From an uncultured delta proteobacterium (lineage in GTDB: Bacteria; Myxococcota; Myxococcia; Myxococcales; Anaeromyxobacteraceae), in assembly GCA_963814585.1 (NCBI GenBank), contig CAWFDF010000009.1, positions 256,001-320,000 of the forward strand: a stretch of DNA of 64,000 nucleotides, given 5' to 3'. The stretch's first letter is position 1; every line of letters starts with the position of its first letter. The position numbers and the translations under genes were made by a program. Shown piece after piece: positions 45,852-56,524 of the stretch. The notes beneath the pieces were generated by a model. It did not search any database and was not told the origin of the DNA. It saw nothing but the letters and a program-made list of their open reading frames with translations.

Positions 45852-46847
45852 ATGCCCCGCACCGTCATCGCCGCACTCGGAACCTGCGTCCCCGACCGCG
45901 TCGTCACCAACGACGAGCTGAGCCGCCGCATGGACACCTCCGACGCCTGGATCCGCGAGCGCACCGGCATCGAGGAGCGGCGCTGGGTGGGTGAGGAGAC
46001 CGGCAACTCGGACCTGGCGCTGGCCGCCACGCAGAAGGCGCTCGACCAGGCCGGCTGGAAGGCCACCGACGTCGAGGCCATCATCTACGCCTCGCTGTCG
46101 CCGGACTTCATGTTCCCCGGCGACGGCTGCTACCTCAACGCCAAGCTGGGCATCCCCGGCGTGCCGGCGCTCGACATCCGCAACCAGTGCTCCGGCTTCG
46201 TCTACGGCCTCTCGGTGGCCGACGCCTGGATCCGCACCGGCACCTACCGGCGCGTCCTGCTGGTGGGCTCGGAGGTCCACTCCACCGGCCTCGACGTCAC
46301 CACCCGCGGACGCGACGTCTCGGTGATCTTCGGCGACGGGGCCGGCGCGGCGCTGCTGGAGGCCACCGACGACCCCGGCCGCGGGGTGCTCTCCTGCGAG
46401 CTGCACGCCGACGGCCGCTTCGCCAAGGAGCTCTCGACCGACGCGCCGGGCTCGCGCTACCACCCGCGCCTCCAGCCGCGCATGCTGGAGGACGGCTCGA
46501 TCTACCCGCACATGGAGGGGCAGAAGGTCTTCAAGCACGCCATCTCCAAGATGCCGGAGGTGGTGCGCTCGGTGCTCGACAAGAACGGCCTGAAGCCCGG
46601 CGACCTCAAGCTGCTCATCCCGCACCAGGCCAACCTGCGCATCAGCCAGATGGTGCAGCGCTCGCTGGAGCTGCGCGACGACCAGGTCTTCAACAACATC
46701 ATGAAGTACGGCAACACCACGGCGGCCTCGATCCCGATCTGCCTCGCCGAGGCGGTGACGGCCCGCGGGGTGAAGCGCGGAGACCTGGTCGCCCTGGCGG
46801 CCTTCGGCGCCGGGTTCACCTGGGGCGCGGCGCTGCTGCGCTGGTGA
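45852..46847 (+). CDS. 3-oxoacyl-ACP synthase III (FabH family)
   Basis: DTSDAWIRERTGI, NQCSGF (catalytic Cys), FGDGAGA, PHQAN, GNTTAASIP, FGAGFTWG. Confidence 0.93.
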   Translation: MPRTVIAALGTCVPDRVVTNDELSRRMDTSDAWIRERTGIEERRWVGEETGNSDLALAATQKALDQAGWKATDVEAIIYASLSPDFMFPGDGCYLNAKLGIPGVPALDIRNQCSGFVYGLSVADAWIRTGTYRRVLLVGSEVHSTGLDVTTRGRDVSVIFGDGAGAALLEATDDPGRGVLSCELHADGRFAKELSTDAPGSRYHPRLQPRMLEDGSIYPHMEGQKVFKHAISKMPEVVRSVLDKNGLKPGDLKLLIPHQANLRISQMVQRSLELRDDQVFNNIMKYGNTTAASIPICLAEAVTARGVKRGDLVALAAFGAGFTWGAALLRW

Positions 46848-46889
46848 CACCGGGGACCGGCCGGGGCGGGCGGCGGGCGAGACCATCCT

Positions 46890-46960
46890 TGAGGCGTCGT
46901 CCAACGGCAGGACTGCGGACTTTGGATCCGCGTATGAAGGTTCGAATCCTTCCGCCTCAG
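46890..46960 (+). tRNA. tRNA-Gln(UUG), CCA not encoded
   Basis: Acceptor stem TGAGGCG/CGCCTCA, anticodon arm GCGGA-CTTTGGA-TCCGC, T arm GAAGG-TTCGAAT-CCTTC. Confidence 0.95.
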
Positions 46961-47024
46961 CACCACCCCCGCGCCGAAGGGGCGCGAGCGGCATGACCGG
47001 CCTGCGGCGGCGCTCGGGGGCCCG

Positions 47025-47864
47025 GTGATCCGGCTCTGCCAGCGCCCCGGCGCCTCCTGCGGGGCCTGCTGCGGGCTCTACAACACCCGCGACCACGGGC
47101 GAGAGGCGGTGCGCGCGGAGCTCACCCGGCGCACCCGGGCGCTGGCCCGGGTGGAGCGGACGCTGCCGGCCTTCCGCGAGGCGGCGGCGCGGCTGGCCGC
47201 GGGCGGGCCCGAGCCGCTCTTCCCCCTGGTGCGGGTCTGCCCGCTGCTCGGCTTCCTCGACGAGGCCGGGACCCGCGTCGGCTGCCTGGCCCACCCGCTC
47301 GTCACCGGCGGCCCGGACCTGCGCGACGCCGGCGTCTACGACGTCACCACCTGCGAGTCGTTCCTCTGCCCGAGCCACGCCTGGCTCGCCGAGGAGGAGG
47401 CCGGGCTGGCCGAGCTGGCCAGCGGCGACTTCCACCTCTACGGGCTGGTGGTGACCGACGTGCCGTTCCTGCGCGCGGCGCTGGGCGCGGTGGCGGCGCT
47501 GGCCGGGGCGCGGGTGGAGCGGCGCCACCTGGATCGCCCGGCCTTCCGCGCGGCGCTGACGGGCCTGCTGGCGCTCAAGGAGGAGCTGGCGCCGGGCTCG
47601 GAGGGGCTCTTCGGGGCCTTCCGGCCCGGGCGCGACGGCGAGCCGGTGCCGCGCACCATCGACTACCAGGCCATCGACCGGGAGCGCTCCCCGTACGACG
47701 AGCTCCTCACCTGCGTGGGGGCCGACCCGCGCAGCGGCAACGATCTCGACCTGCTGGAGGACGAGGTGCGCCGCCGGCTCGACGCCTGCGCAGCGGCCTT
47801 CGCGACCCCACCGGCCCGGCCCGGGGCTCGGGCCAGGCGGCGCGGCGCACCCCGGGTCCCCTGA
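47025..47864 (+). CDS. Cys-rich hypothetical protein (possible Zn/Fe-S cluster protein)
   Basis: LCQ...SCGACCG, CPLLGF, GCLAHP, CESFLCP; high GC at third codon positions. Confidence 0.7.
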   Translation: MIRLCQRPGASCGACCGLYNTRDHGREAVRAELTRRTRALARVERTLPAFREAAARLAAGGPEPLFPLVRVCPLLGFLDEAGTRVGCLAHPLVTGGPDLRDAGVYDVTTCESFLCPSHAWLAEEEAGLAELASGDFHLYGLVVTDVPFLRAALGAVAALAGARVERRHLDRPAFRAALTGLLALKEELAPGSEGLFGAFRPGRDGEPVPRTIDYQAIDRERSPYDELLTCVGADPRSGNDLDLLEDEVRRRLDACAAAFATPPARPGARARRRGAPRVP

Positions 47865-47914
47865 CCAGCTCCTCCATGGGCCCGACCCTCGCCCTGCACG
47901 GAGCGGCGGGTCCT

Positions 47915-48694
47915 CTACCAGAGCGCCACCTCCAGGCCGGCGCCGACGAAGTGGGTCAGCGAGAAGTTGTAGACGTTGGGGCTGTCCGAGCCGCCCTCGA
48001 CGACGCGGTAGCCGAGCCGGACCGCCAGGTCGGGACGGAGCTGGCGGCGCAGCGCCAGCTGGACGTCCTCGGCCCGGCCGAAGCCGCTGGCCAGGGCGTC
48101 GCCGTCGAGCAGCAGGCTCCAGTCCCCGGAGAAGCGCCAGCGGAAGCTGAAGGAGAGGAGCGGGACCAGGCCGACGTTGAGCCGCTCCTCGAACAGCCCG
48201 CCGCCCTGCAGGGTGATGCCGGCGTCGCGGACCAGGGCGGTGAGCCCCACCGTGGCCTCCAGCGCCTCCGAGCTCCACCAGGTGTAGCGGTAGGTGAGCC
48301 GCCAGGTGTCGAAGCGGTACTGGCCGGTCACGAAGGCATCGGCCGGGAAGGTCGAGCCGTTGAAGTCGACGGGGGCCGTCAGGGTGCCGCGGGCCTGCAG
48401 CAGCAGCGGCACCGCCGCCAGGTAGACGGTGTGCCGCCCGGCGAAGGTGGCGCCGAGCTTGAGCCGGAAGTACGGGGCCGAGGCGGTGGTGATGGGGCCC
48501 GAGTTGAGCGAGAAGAGGGTCCCGGTGTCGCCGGGGATGCGCACGTCGTTGTAGCCGGGGATGGCCCAGCCGGCCTCCACGTCGGCGAAGGGGCGGACCT
48601 CGGCGGCGGCGGCCGCGGGGAGCAGCAGGCCGAGCGTGAGCGCCAGGGCGAAGGGGCGGGCGAAGGGGCGGGCGAAGTTCATGGGTCGGGGCAC
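47915..48694 (-). CDS. Putative outer-membrane beta-barrel protein
   Basis: Signal peptide, alternating aromatic beta strands, C-terminal Trp; start 48694 or 48682. Confidence 0.7.
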   Translation of the reverse strand: MPRPMNFARPFARPFALALTLGLLLPAAAAAEVRPFADVEAGWAIPGYNDVRIPGDTGTLFSLNSGPITTASAPYFRLKLGATFAGRHTVYLAAVPLLLQARGTLTAPVDFNGSTFPADAFVTGQYRFDTWRLTYRYTWWSSEALEATVGLTALVRDAGITLQGGGLFEERLNVGLVPLLSFSFRWRFSGDWSLLLDGDALASGFGRAEDVQLALRRQLRPDLAVRLGYRVVEGGSDSPNVYNFSLTHFVGAGLEVALW

Positions 48695-48718
48695 TGGTCT
48701 CCGTTCGGTGTGCGGACA

Positions 48719-50696
48719 TCACCCGGCGACCGGGGCGTCGCGCCTCGGCAGCCCGAGCGCCACGATCTCGGCGATGTCCATGGCCTTCATGGTCTCCTCG
48801 CGGCTGGTCTCGTTGATGCCGTCCTTCACCATGGTGAGGCAGAAGGGGCAGCCGGTCGCCACCACGCCTCCGCCGGCGCCGAGCGTCTCGGCCGCCTCGT
48901 TCACCCGGTTCTGGTTGATGCGGGTGCCGAGGTGCTCCTCCAGCCACATGCGGCCGCCCCCGGCGCCGCAGCAGAAACCCTGCCGGCCGTTGCGAGGCAT
49001 CTCCACCGGCGTGACCCCGGCGGCCGCCAGCGCGGCGCGCGGCGCGTCGATCACGCCGTTCCAGCGGGCCAGGTAGCAGGGGTCGTGGTAGGTGACCGCG
49101 GTGCCGGCCAGCCCCTCGGCCTTGCCGGGCGTGAGCCGGCCCTCGGCCACCAGCCTGGCGATCAGCTCGGCGTGGTGGACCACCTGGTAGTGGCCGCCGA
49201 AGTCGGGCAGCTCGTTCTTGATGGTGTTGAGGCAGTGCGGGCACTGCACCAGGATCTTCTTCACCCCGTGGCCGTTGAGCGTCCCGGTGAGCGCGGTGGC
49301 CTGCATCTGGAAGAGGTACTCGTTGCCGAGGCGCCGGGCGGCGTCGCCGGTGCAGGTCTCCTCCTCGCCGAGGATGGCGAAGGTCACCCCGGCCTGGCGC
49401 AGGATCTGGACGATGGCGCGCGAGACCTTCTTCTGCCGGTCGTCGAAGGCGCCGGCGCAGCCGACGAAGAAGAGGTACTCGTACTCGCCGCCGTCGGCGG
49501 CCCGCGGGATGGCCAGGTCCTCGCACCACTCGGCCCGCTTGTTGGAGCCGATGCCCCAGGGGTTCCCCTGGGTCTCGATCCCCTTGAAGATGCGGGCGGC
49601 CTCGTCGGGGAACACCGAGTCGACCTGCACCGCCTGGCGGCGGATGTCGATGAGGCGGGGGATGTTCTCGATGAGGACCGGGCAGGCGGTCTCGCACCAG
49701 CCGCAGGTGGTGCAGGCCCAGGCGGTGTCGGGCGCCACCACCTCGGTGATGCGGCGGCAGCCTCGCGGCGATGGCCTCGCGCGCGGCAGGGTCGGTGGCG
49801 GCGGCCAGCTCGACGAGCGTGGGGCCGACCTGGCCGAGGTGCTTGCGGATGGCCTTGTTGACCTCCTTGTGGCTGAGCGGCTTGCCGGTGACGTGGGTGG
49901 GGCAGTGGGTCTGGCAGCGGCCGCACTCGGTGCAGCTGTAGACGTCCCAGCCCTCCTTCCAGGAGAGGTCCTTCACCGTGGCGGTGCCGAAGCGGGCCCC
50001 CTCCGACTCGAGGTCGAGCTTGGCGAGCCTGGCCTCCGGCGGAAGCCGGCGGAAGAAGACGTTGGGCAGCGCGGTGATGACGTGGAAGTGCTTCCCGATG
50101 GGCAGGAAGTTGAGGAAGAGCAGGATGACCACGAGGTGGAGCCAGAAGCTGGCCTGCTCGACCACCGCGGTGGCGCCCGGGGAGAGCCCGAGCCAGCCGG
50201 GGTGCTCGTAGAGGATCTCGGTCGCCATCAGGATGATGATGAAGCCGACCACCAGCGTGCCCTCCCAGGAGGCGGTCACGCGCGCGGGCTTCGTCACCAG
50301 CCGTCGCCAGAGGAACCCGAGCGCGGCCAGCAGCGCCGCCCAGACCACCACGTCCTTGACGGCGTCGTAGAGGGGTCCCAGCGTCGAGCCGGGGCCGAGC
50401 AGCGGCAGGTGGAAGTCGGTGGAGAAGCCGACGCCGAAGAGGGTGATGGTCCGGAGCGCCAGCACCAGGAAGGCGGCGAAGAGGACCACGTGCAGCAGTC
50501 CGGCGACCCGCTCCTCCGGGTCGACCAGCCGCTTCTGGCCGAAGCCGAAGCGGAGCAGGCCGCTGACGCGCTCGGCGGAGCGATCGCGCCGATCCTCGCG
50601 CCGGAGCGCGAGGAGGGGGCGAAGCCGGGCGAGCGCCGACCAGGTGAAGAGCCCGAGCCCGGCGAGGAGGAGGGCCGCCGTGAGGAGAGGGTTCAT
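48719..50696 (-). CDS. Membrane-bound Fe-S oxidoreductase (FadF/HdrD-like; one extra base near 49752)
   Basis: N-terminal TM helices, CTECGRCQTHCP, CTTCGWCETACP, two CCG domains (YHDPCYL, CCGAGGG, CPFC). Confidence 0.88.
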
Positions 50697-50793
50697 GGGC
50701 CGGACGCTAGCACGACGCGTCGAGGCATTGACTCCAGAATCGAGGCGCCGGGCCGGGGGAAGGCAGGGCGAATCGTCGCGGCTGCCCTACCGG

Positions 50794-52023
50794 TCAGTCC
50801 TTCGACTTGTCGCCCTTCGGCGGCTCGGCCTTGGGCTTGTCGGCCTTGGGCTTGTCCTTGCTTCCGTGGTCGTCACCCTTGGACGGCGGAGGGGTGCCGC
50901 GCGGCGGGGCGGCCTTGGGAGGAGGCGACTGGGAGGGCGGCGCACCGCGTGGCGGGGCGGCCTGTGGCGGAGGGGTCTTGGGTGGCGGGCCGGCGCGGGG
51001 CGGCTCGGCCTTGGGGGGAGGCGCATGGGACGGAGGCGCGCCACGCGGCTGCTCGACCTTGGGCGGAGGGGGCTGGGATGGCGGCGCGGCATGCGGGGGC
51101 GCTCCACGCGGCGGCGCAGCGGGCGGTGGCACGTAGGCAGGTGGCGGCGCGGCGGGCGGCGGGCTGGTGTGGCCCGGCGGAGTCCCGCCCTGGCCGGGCG
51201 GCGTGTTGCCGTGGCCGGGGGCCTGGCCGGAGCGGCCGTTGTTGCCCTTGTCCTTGCTCCCCTTGTTGCCCTTGTCGCCCTTGTCGCGATTGTCCCGATC
51301 GTGGTCCCCGTCGTGCTGCGAGGGCGGCGGCTGAGTTCCGGGCGGACGAGCAGGCGGCGCGGGGTGCGTGCCACCCGGCGGGCGGGGCGGCGGCGCCGGG
51401 CGCGGGGGCGGCGGCGGGAGCGCCGGGCGAGGCTGGTACCACTCGATCGGCCGCGGCGGGGTCACCCGCGGCGGAGGCGGCGCGGCGCGAGACCAGTAGG
51501 TCGGCGGCGGCGGACGCGACGGGGCGTAGTGGCCGCCGTAGACGTAGCCGCGCCCGTGCTGCCAGCGCCAGTCCGGCCCGCGCGGCGGGTAGTAGTCGTG
51601 GTAGTGCGGGCCGCCAAGGAAGCACCAGCCGCCACCGGGGAGCGGGTGTCCGGCGAAGAAGCTGAACTGGAAGGGGCCGCGGTAGTAGTAGTAGCCGCCG
51701 TCGACCACGAAGTGGTCCTCGCGGTCCGGGTAGTAGTCGTGGGTGTGCGGGCCGGAGAGGTAGCACCAGCCGCCGCCGAGCGCGTCGGGGATGAAGTGCT
51801 CGCCGTAGTACCAGACCTCGAGGGGAGGGGGCGGCTGGTAGACCGGCGGCGGTGGCTGGTAGGCGACCGGCGGCGACTCGGCCGGCGGCGGGCTCGAGGG
51901 CGGCGGCGACTCGTAGGTGGCCGGCGGCGGCGCGTACGGCGCCTGGGAGACCGGAGGGTGGTGGTGGACGACGCAGCCGGCGAGCAGCGAGAGCGGGAGC
52001 AGGGCCAGCAGGGGACGCATCAT
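50794..52023 (-). CDS. Proline-rich lipoprotein with a duplicated His/Cys motif
   Basis: Lipobox LLAGC; two GGGWC...GPH.HDYYP repeats; long Pro-rich tail. Confidence 0.75.
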   Translation of the reverse strand: MMRPLLALLPLSLLAGCVVHHHPPVSQAPYAPPPATYESPPPSSPPPAESPPVAYQPPPPVYQPPPPLEVWYYGEHFIPDALGGGWCYLSGPHTHDYYPDREDHFVVDGGYYYYRGPFQFSFFAGHPLPGGGWCFLGGPHYHDYYPPRGPDWRWQHGRGYVYGGHYAPSRPPPPTYWSRAAPPPPRVTPPRPIEWYQPRPALPPPPPRPAPPPRPPGGTHPAPPARPPGTQPPPSQHDGDHDRDNRDKGDKGNKGSKDKGNNGRSGQAPGHGNTPPGQGGTPPGHTSPPPAAPPPAYVPPPAAPPRGAPPHAAPPSQPPPPKVEQPRGAPPSHAPPPKAEPPRAGPPPKTPPPQAAPPRGAPPSQSPPPKAAPPRGTPPPSKGDDHGSKDKPKADKPKAEPPKGDKSKD

Positions 52024-52087
52024 GTGATCACTCCTCGAGGACGATTCCGACGCCTCGAGTTGACGACGAATCGCGCCCCGCGTCCAT

Positions 52088-53083
52088 TCAACGGCGCGAT
52101 TTCCCGGCGCCGGTGTGGGTCGAGGTGCGAGCCGCGAAGGCCACGGCGTGGTCCACGTAGCGGCCGGCGATGTCGAGGCCGGTGGCCCGCTCCAGCGCCT
52201 CGAAGCCGGGCGAGCTGTTGACCTCCATGATCATCGGTCCGTCGCGGGCCTCCAGCAGGTCCACCCCGGCCACCTCCAGCCCCACCACCCGCGTGGCCCG
52301 CACCGCCGCCCGGGCGTACTCCCGCGGCAGGTCGAGCCGGGTCGCGGCGCCGCCGCGGTGGATGTTGGAGCGGAACTCGCCGGCCCGGGCGGTGCGCCGC
52401 ATGGCGGCGACCACCTCCCCGCCGATCACCAGCGCCCGCACGTCGCGGCCACGCGACTCCTTGACCAGCTCCTGCAGCAGGATCTCCTGCCCCAGCGTCC
52501 AGAGGGTGTCGAGCAGGCCGGTCACCTCGGCCATGGTGCTGGCGATCATCACGCCCACGCCCTGCGCGCCGCGCACCAGCTTGATGATGCAGGGGAGCCC
52601 GCCCACCAGCTCCACGGCCGCCGGCACCTCGTCGCGGTAGCGGCACAGGGCAGTGCGCGGGATGGCCAGCCCGGCGCTGGCGAGCAGCTGCAGCGCCCGC
52701 AGCTTGTCCCGCGAGCGGCCGATGCCCACGGCGCCGTTGAGGACCGGCACGCCCATGAGGTCGAGCTGGTTCAGGACCGAGAGGCCGTAGCCGGTGATGG
52801 AGGCGCCGATGCGCGGCACCACCACCCGCACCGAGGCCGGAGCCAGCTCGACGCCACGGTAGAAGAGGCGGGGCCGGTCGCGCTCCAGCAGCAGGTCGCA
52901 GCGGAGGGTGTCGAGCACCCGGGGCGAGAGCGCCCGGGCCCGGGCGGCCGCCAGCAGGCGCCGCGTCGAGTAGAGCCTGGGGTTGCGGGAGAGGATGATC
53001 AGCGCCGGCCGCGCCGCCGCGCCCCGGCCACGGCCCTGGATCCGCTCCGCCGGCCTCATCGCCCTCTTCGGTCTGCTCGCCAT
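52088..53083 (-). CDS. RimK-family alpha-L-glutamate ligase (ATP-grasp)
   Basis: [45 protein letters not shown]. Confidence 0.92.
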   Translation of the reverse strand: MASRPKRAMRPAERIQGRGRGAAARPALIILSRNPRLYSTRRLLAAARARALSPRVLDTLRCDLLLERDRPRLFYRGVELAPASVRVVVPRIGASITGYGLSVLNQLDLMGVPVLNGAVGIGRSRDKLRALQLLASAGLAIPRTALCRYRDEVPAAVELVGGLPCIIKLVRGAQGVGVMIASTMAEVTGLLDTLWTLGQEILLQELVKESRGRDVRALVIGGEVVAAMRRTARAGEFRSNIHRGGAATRLDLPREYARAAVRATRVVGLEVAGVDLLEARDGPMIMEVNSSPGFEALERATGLDIAGRYVDHAVAFAARTSTHTGAGKSRR

Positions 53084-53150
53084 CGGTGGAGGGGAGGGTA
53101 GCCGGAAGCCCCCCCTCCTGCTAGAACCGCTGTCCTTCCGAGGGCTCCAC

Positions 53151-55928
53151 GTGGACTACAAGGACACCATCCAGCTCCCCAGGACCGATTTCCCCATGAA
53201 GGCCAACCTGGCCGCGCGGGAGCCCGAGATCCAGCGCGCCTGGGAGGCCGAGGGGATCTACGAGCAGGTGCTGGCCAAGAACGCCGCGGGCCCGAGCCCG
53301 AGGAAGTTCGTGCTGCACGACGGGCCGCCCTACGCCAACGGCGACATCCACATCGGCCACGCCCTCAACAAGATCCTCAAGGACATCATCGTCAAGTACC
53401 GGAACCAGAACGGCGAGGTGCGCCGACTACGTGCCGGGCTGGGACTGCCACGGCCTGCCCATCGAGCTCAAGGTGGACAAGGAGCTGGGGTCGAAGCGGC
53501 GCGACATGGACCGCGCCGCCATCATCGAGGCCTGCCGCGCCTACGCGGCCACCTGGATCGACAAGCAGCGGACCTCCTTCAAGCGGCTCGGCATCTTCGG
53601 CCGCTGGGCGACGCCCTACGCCACCATGGACCGGCGCTACGAGGCCGACACGGTCCGGGCGCTGGCGCGCGCCGCCGAGCGCGGCTACCTGGTGCGCGGC
53701 AAGAAGCCGGTCTACTGGTGCATCACCGACCGGACCGCGCTGGCCGAGGCCGAGGTGGAGTACGAGGAGCACACCTCGCCGTCGATCCACGTCGCCTTCG
53801 ACCTCACCGCGCCGCTGCCGGACCCGAAGCTGCGCGGCCGCGCCGCCCGGCTGGTGATCTGGACCACCACCCCGTGGACGCTCCCGGCCAACCTGGCCAT
53901 CGCCGCCCGCGCCGACTACACCTACGTGGCCTACGACCTGAAGGGCACGGTGGTGGTGGTGGCCCGGGACCTGCTGGGCGCCTTCCTGGCCGCCTGCGCG
54001 CCGGGCGAGCTGGACGGCGCCGCCCTGGCCCACCCGGAGCGGGTGCTGGCCGAGCTGGAGGGGAAGCAGCTGGAGGGGCTCACCTACCGCCACCCGTTCA
54101 TGGGGCGCGAGTCGCCGGTGATCCTCGGCGAGCACGTCACGCTGGAGGCCGGCACCGGCCTGGTCCACACCGCCCCCGGCCACGGCGCCGAGGACTACAT
54201 CGTCGGCCAGCACTACAAGCTGGCGGTGCTCAACCCGGTCGACGGGGCCGGCGTCTTCACCGAGGAGGCCGGGCCGTATGCCGGCCAGAAGATCTTCGAG
54301 GCCAACGCCGAGGATCGTGGCCGACCTGGCCGCCTCGGGCCACCTGCTCTCCGACCCGAAGGCCTCGCTCAAGCACAGCTACCCGCACTGCTGGCGCTGC
54401 CACAGGCCGGTGGTCTTCCGCGCCACCGACCAGTGGTTCCTCCGGCTCGATCACGACGGCATGCGGCAGAGGACGCTGGCGGAGATCGACCGGGTCAACT
54501 GGATGCCGCACTGGGGACGCGACCGCATCTACAACATGATCGAGAACCGGCCCGACTGGTGCCTGTCGCGCCAGCGGACCTGGGGCGTGCCCATCCCGGT
54601 CTTCTACTGCGAGCCCTGCGGCGAGCCGCTGGTCTCCCCGGCGCTGATGGACCGCGTGGCCGACGCCTTCGAGCAAGAGGGGATCGAGGCCTGGTACCGG
54701 CGCGATCCGGCCGAGTTCACGGCCGGGGCGGCCTGCGCGAAGTGCGGCGGCACAGCCTTCCGACGCGAGCAGGACATCCTCGACGTCTGGTGGGACTCGG
54801 GCGTCAGCTGGGCGGCGGTGGCGGAGCGCGATCCGAACCTGGGCGCCCCGGTCGACCTCTACCTGGAGGGCTCCGACCAGCACCGCGGCTGGTTCCACTC
54901 GGCGCTGCTCACCAGCGTGGCCATCCGCGGCCACGCCCCGTACCGGGCGGTGCTCACCCACGGCTTCGTGCTCGACGAGCACGGCAAGCCCATGTCGAAG
55001 AGCGCCGGCAACGGGACCACCCCGGCGGAGATCATCGCGACCTACGGCGCCGACGTGCTCCGGCTCTGGGTGAGCGCCTCCGACTACCGGGACGACGTGG
55101 CGCTCTCGCCGCAGATCCTCACCGGAATGGCCGAGGGCTACCGCAAGATCCGCAACACCCTCCGCTACGCGCTGGGCGCCGTCGACGGCTTCGACGTGGC
55201 CCGCCACGCGGTGCCGGTGGCGGAGCTCCTGCCCATCGACCGCTGGGCCTACGACCGGCTGGTGGCCTGGCAGGAGAAGGTGCGGGCCGGCTACGAGGGC
55301 TACGAGTTCCACCACGCCTACCACGCCACCGTGCAGCTCTGCGCCGTGGAGCTCTCCTCCCTCTACTTCGACATCGTCAAGGACCGGCTCTACACCGCCC
55401 GCGAAGGACGGGACGGCGCGCCGCAGCGCCCAGACCGTGCTCTGGCACGTGGCCCACGACCTCTGCACCTGGCTGGCGCCCATCCTCTCCTTCACCGCCA
55501 GCGAGGCGTGGGGGTACCTGCCGGGGGCGCCGGTTCCGTCGGTCTTCCTGGCGGGCCTGCCGAGGCGGGAGCGCGCCGCCGGCGCCGAGGCGCTCGAGGC
55601 CCGCTACGCCGCCCTCTTCGCGGTGCGCGAGGTGGTGCAGAAGGCGCTGGAGACCTCCCGGGCCGCCAAGCTGATCGGCAAGAGCACCGAGGCGGCGGTG
55701 ACGGTGCACGCCGAGGGCGAGCAGCGGAGGCTGCTGGAGTCGGCGCTGGCCGAGCTGCCCGCCCTCTTCATCGTCAGCAAGGTGACGCTGGCGGACGGGC
55801 CGCTCTCCGCCGAGGTGGCGGCCGCGCCGGGCGTGAAGTGCCCGCGCTGCTGGGTCTTCGCCGAGGACACCGGGCGCAGCGCCGCCCACCCCGAGCTCTG
55901 CGGCAAGTGCGTCGAGGCCATCGGGTAG
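53151..55928 (+). CDS. ileS: Isoleucine-tRNA ligase type 1 (three +1 frameshifts at ~53421, ~54307, ~55402)
   Basis: [58 protein letters not shown]-terminal CPRC...CGKC. Confidence 0.95.
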
Positions 55929-55939
55929 GAGGAGCCGGC

Positions 55940-56524
55940 ATGGGCAAGTGGCGCGTCTTCCTGCTGATCGTGGCGACGGGCCTGGTGGCCGACCAGGCCA
56001 CCAAGTTCATGGCCGTGGACCGGCTCACCACCGCGCTGCAGCGGACCGACGGCTCGCTCCCGGCGCGGATCTCCGGCTTCTACTCGTTCCGCCACCTCGA
56101 GCCCTACGCCACCGAGCCCCACGTGGTCTGGGCGCCGATGTGGCGCATGCGCTACGCCGAGAACCCGGGCGCGGCCTGGGGGCTGTTCCGCGGCCTCTCG
56201 CTCACGGCGCGCAACACCGTCTTCTCGCTCACGCTGCTGGGCGCGGTGATCTTCATCCTCGTCTACTTCCGCAGGCTGGAGCAGGCGCAGCGGCTCCCGC
56301 AGGTGGCGCTCTCGCTGGTCTTCGCCGGGGCCATCGGCAACTTCATCGACCGGCTGGCGCGCGGCTACGTGGTGGACTTCGTCGACTGGCACTGGTGGAA
56401 CCGCCCGGACCTGTACTGGCCCACCTTCAACGTCGCCGACTCGATGATCGTGGTCGGCGTGGTGCTGCTGGTGCTGCTGCCGGGCGAGCCGGCGGCGGCC
56501 TCGGCGAAGCGCGCGAGGGGCTAG
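55940..56524 (+). CDS. lspA: Lipoprotein signal peptidase II
   Basis: DQATK, NPGAAWG, GAIGNFIDR, VVDF, FNVAD. Confidence 0.95.
   Translation: MGKWRVFLLIVATGLVADQATKFMAVDRLTTALQRTDGSLPARISGFYSFRHLEPYATEPHVVWAPMWRMRYAENPGAAWGLFRGLSLTARNTVFSLTLLGAVIFILVYFRRLEQAQRLPQVALSLVFAGAIGNFIDRLARGYVVDFVDWHWWNRPDLYWPTFNVADSMIVVGVVLLVLLPGEPAAASAKRARG

Noticed and set aside
50794..51500. DNA-level tandem repeat
   Set aside because: The repetitiveness is explained by the Pro-rich coding sequence (PPRGAPP units).
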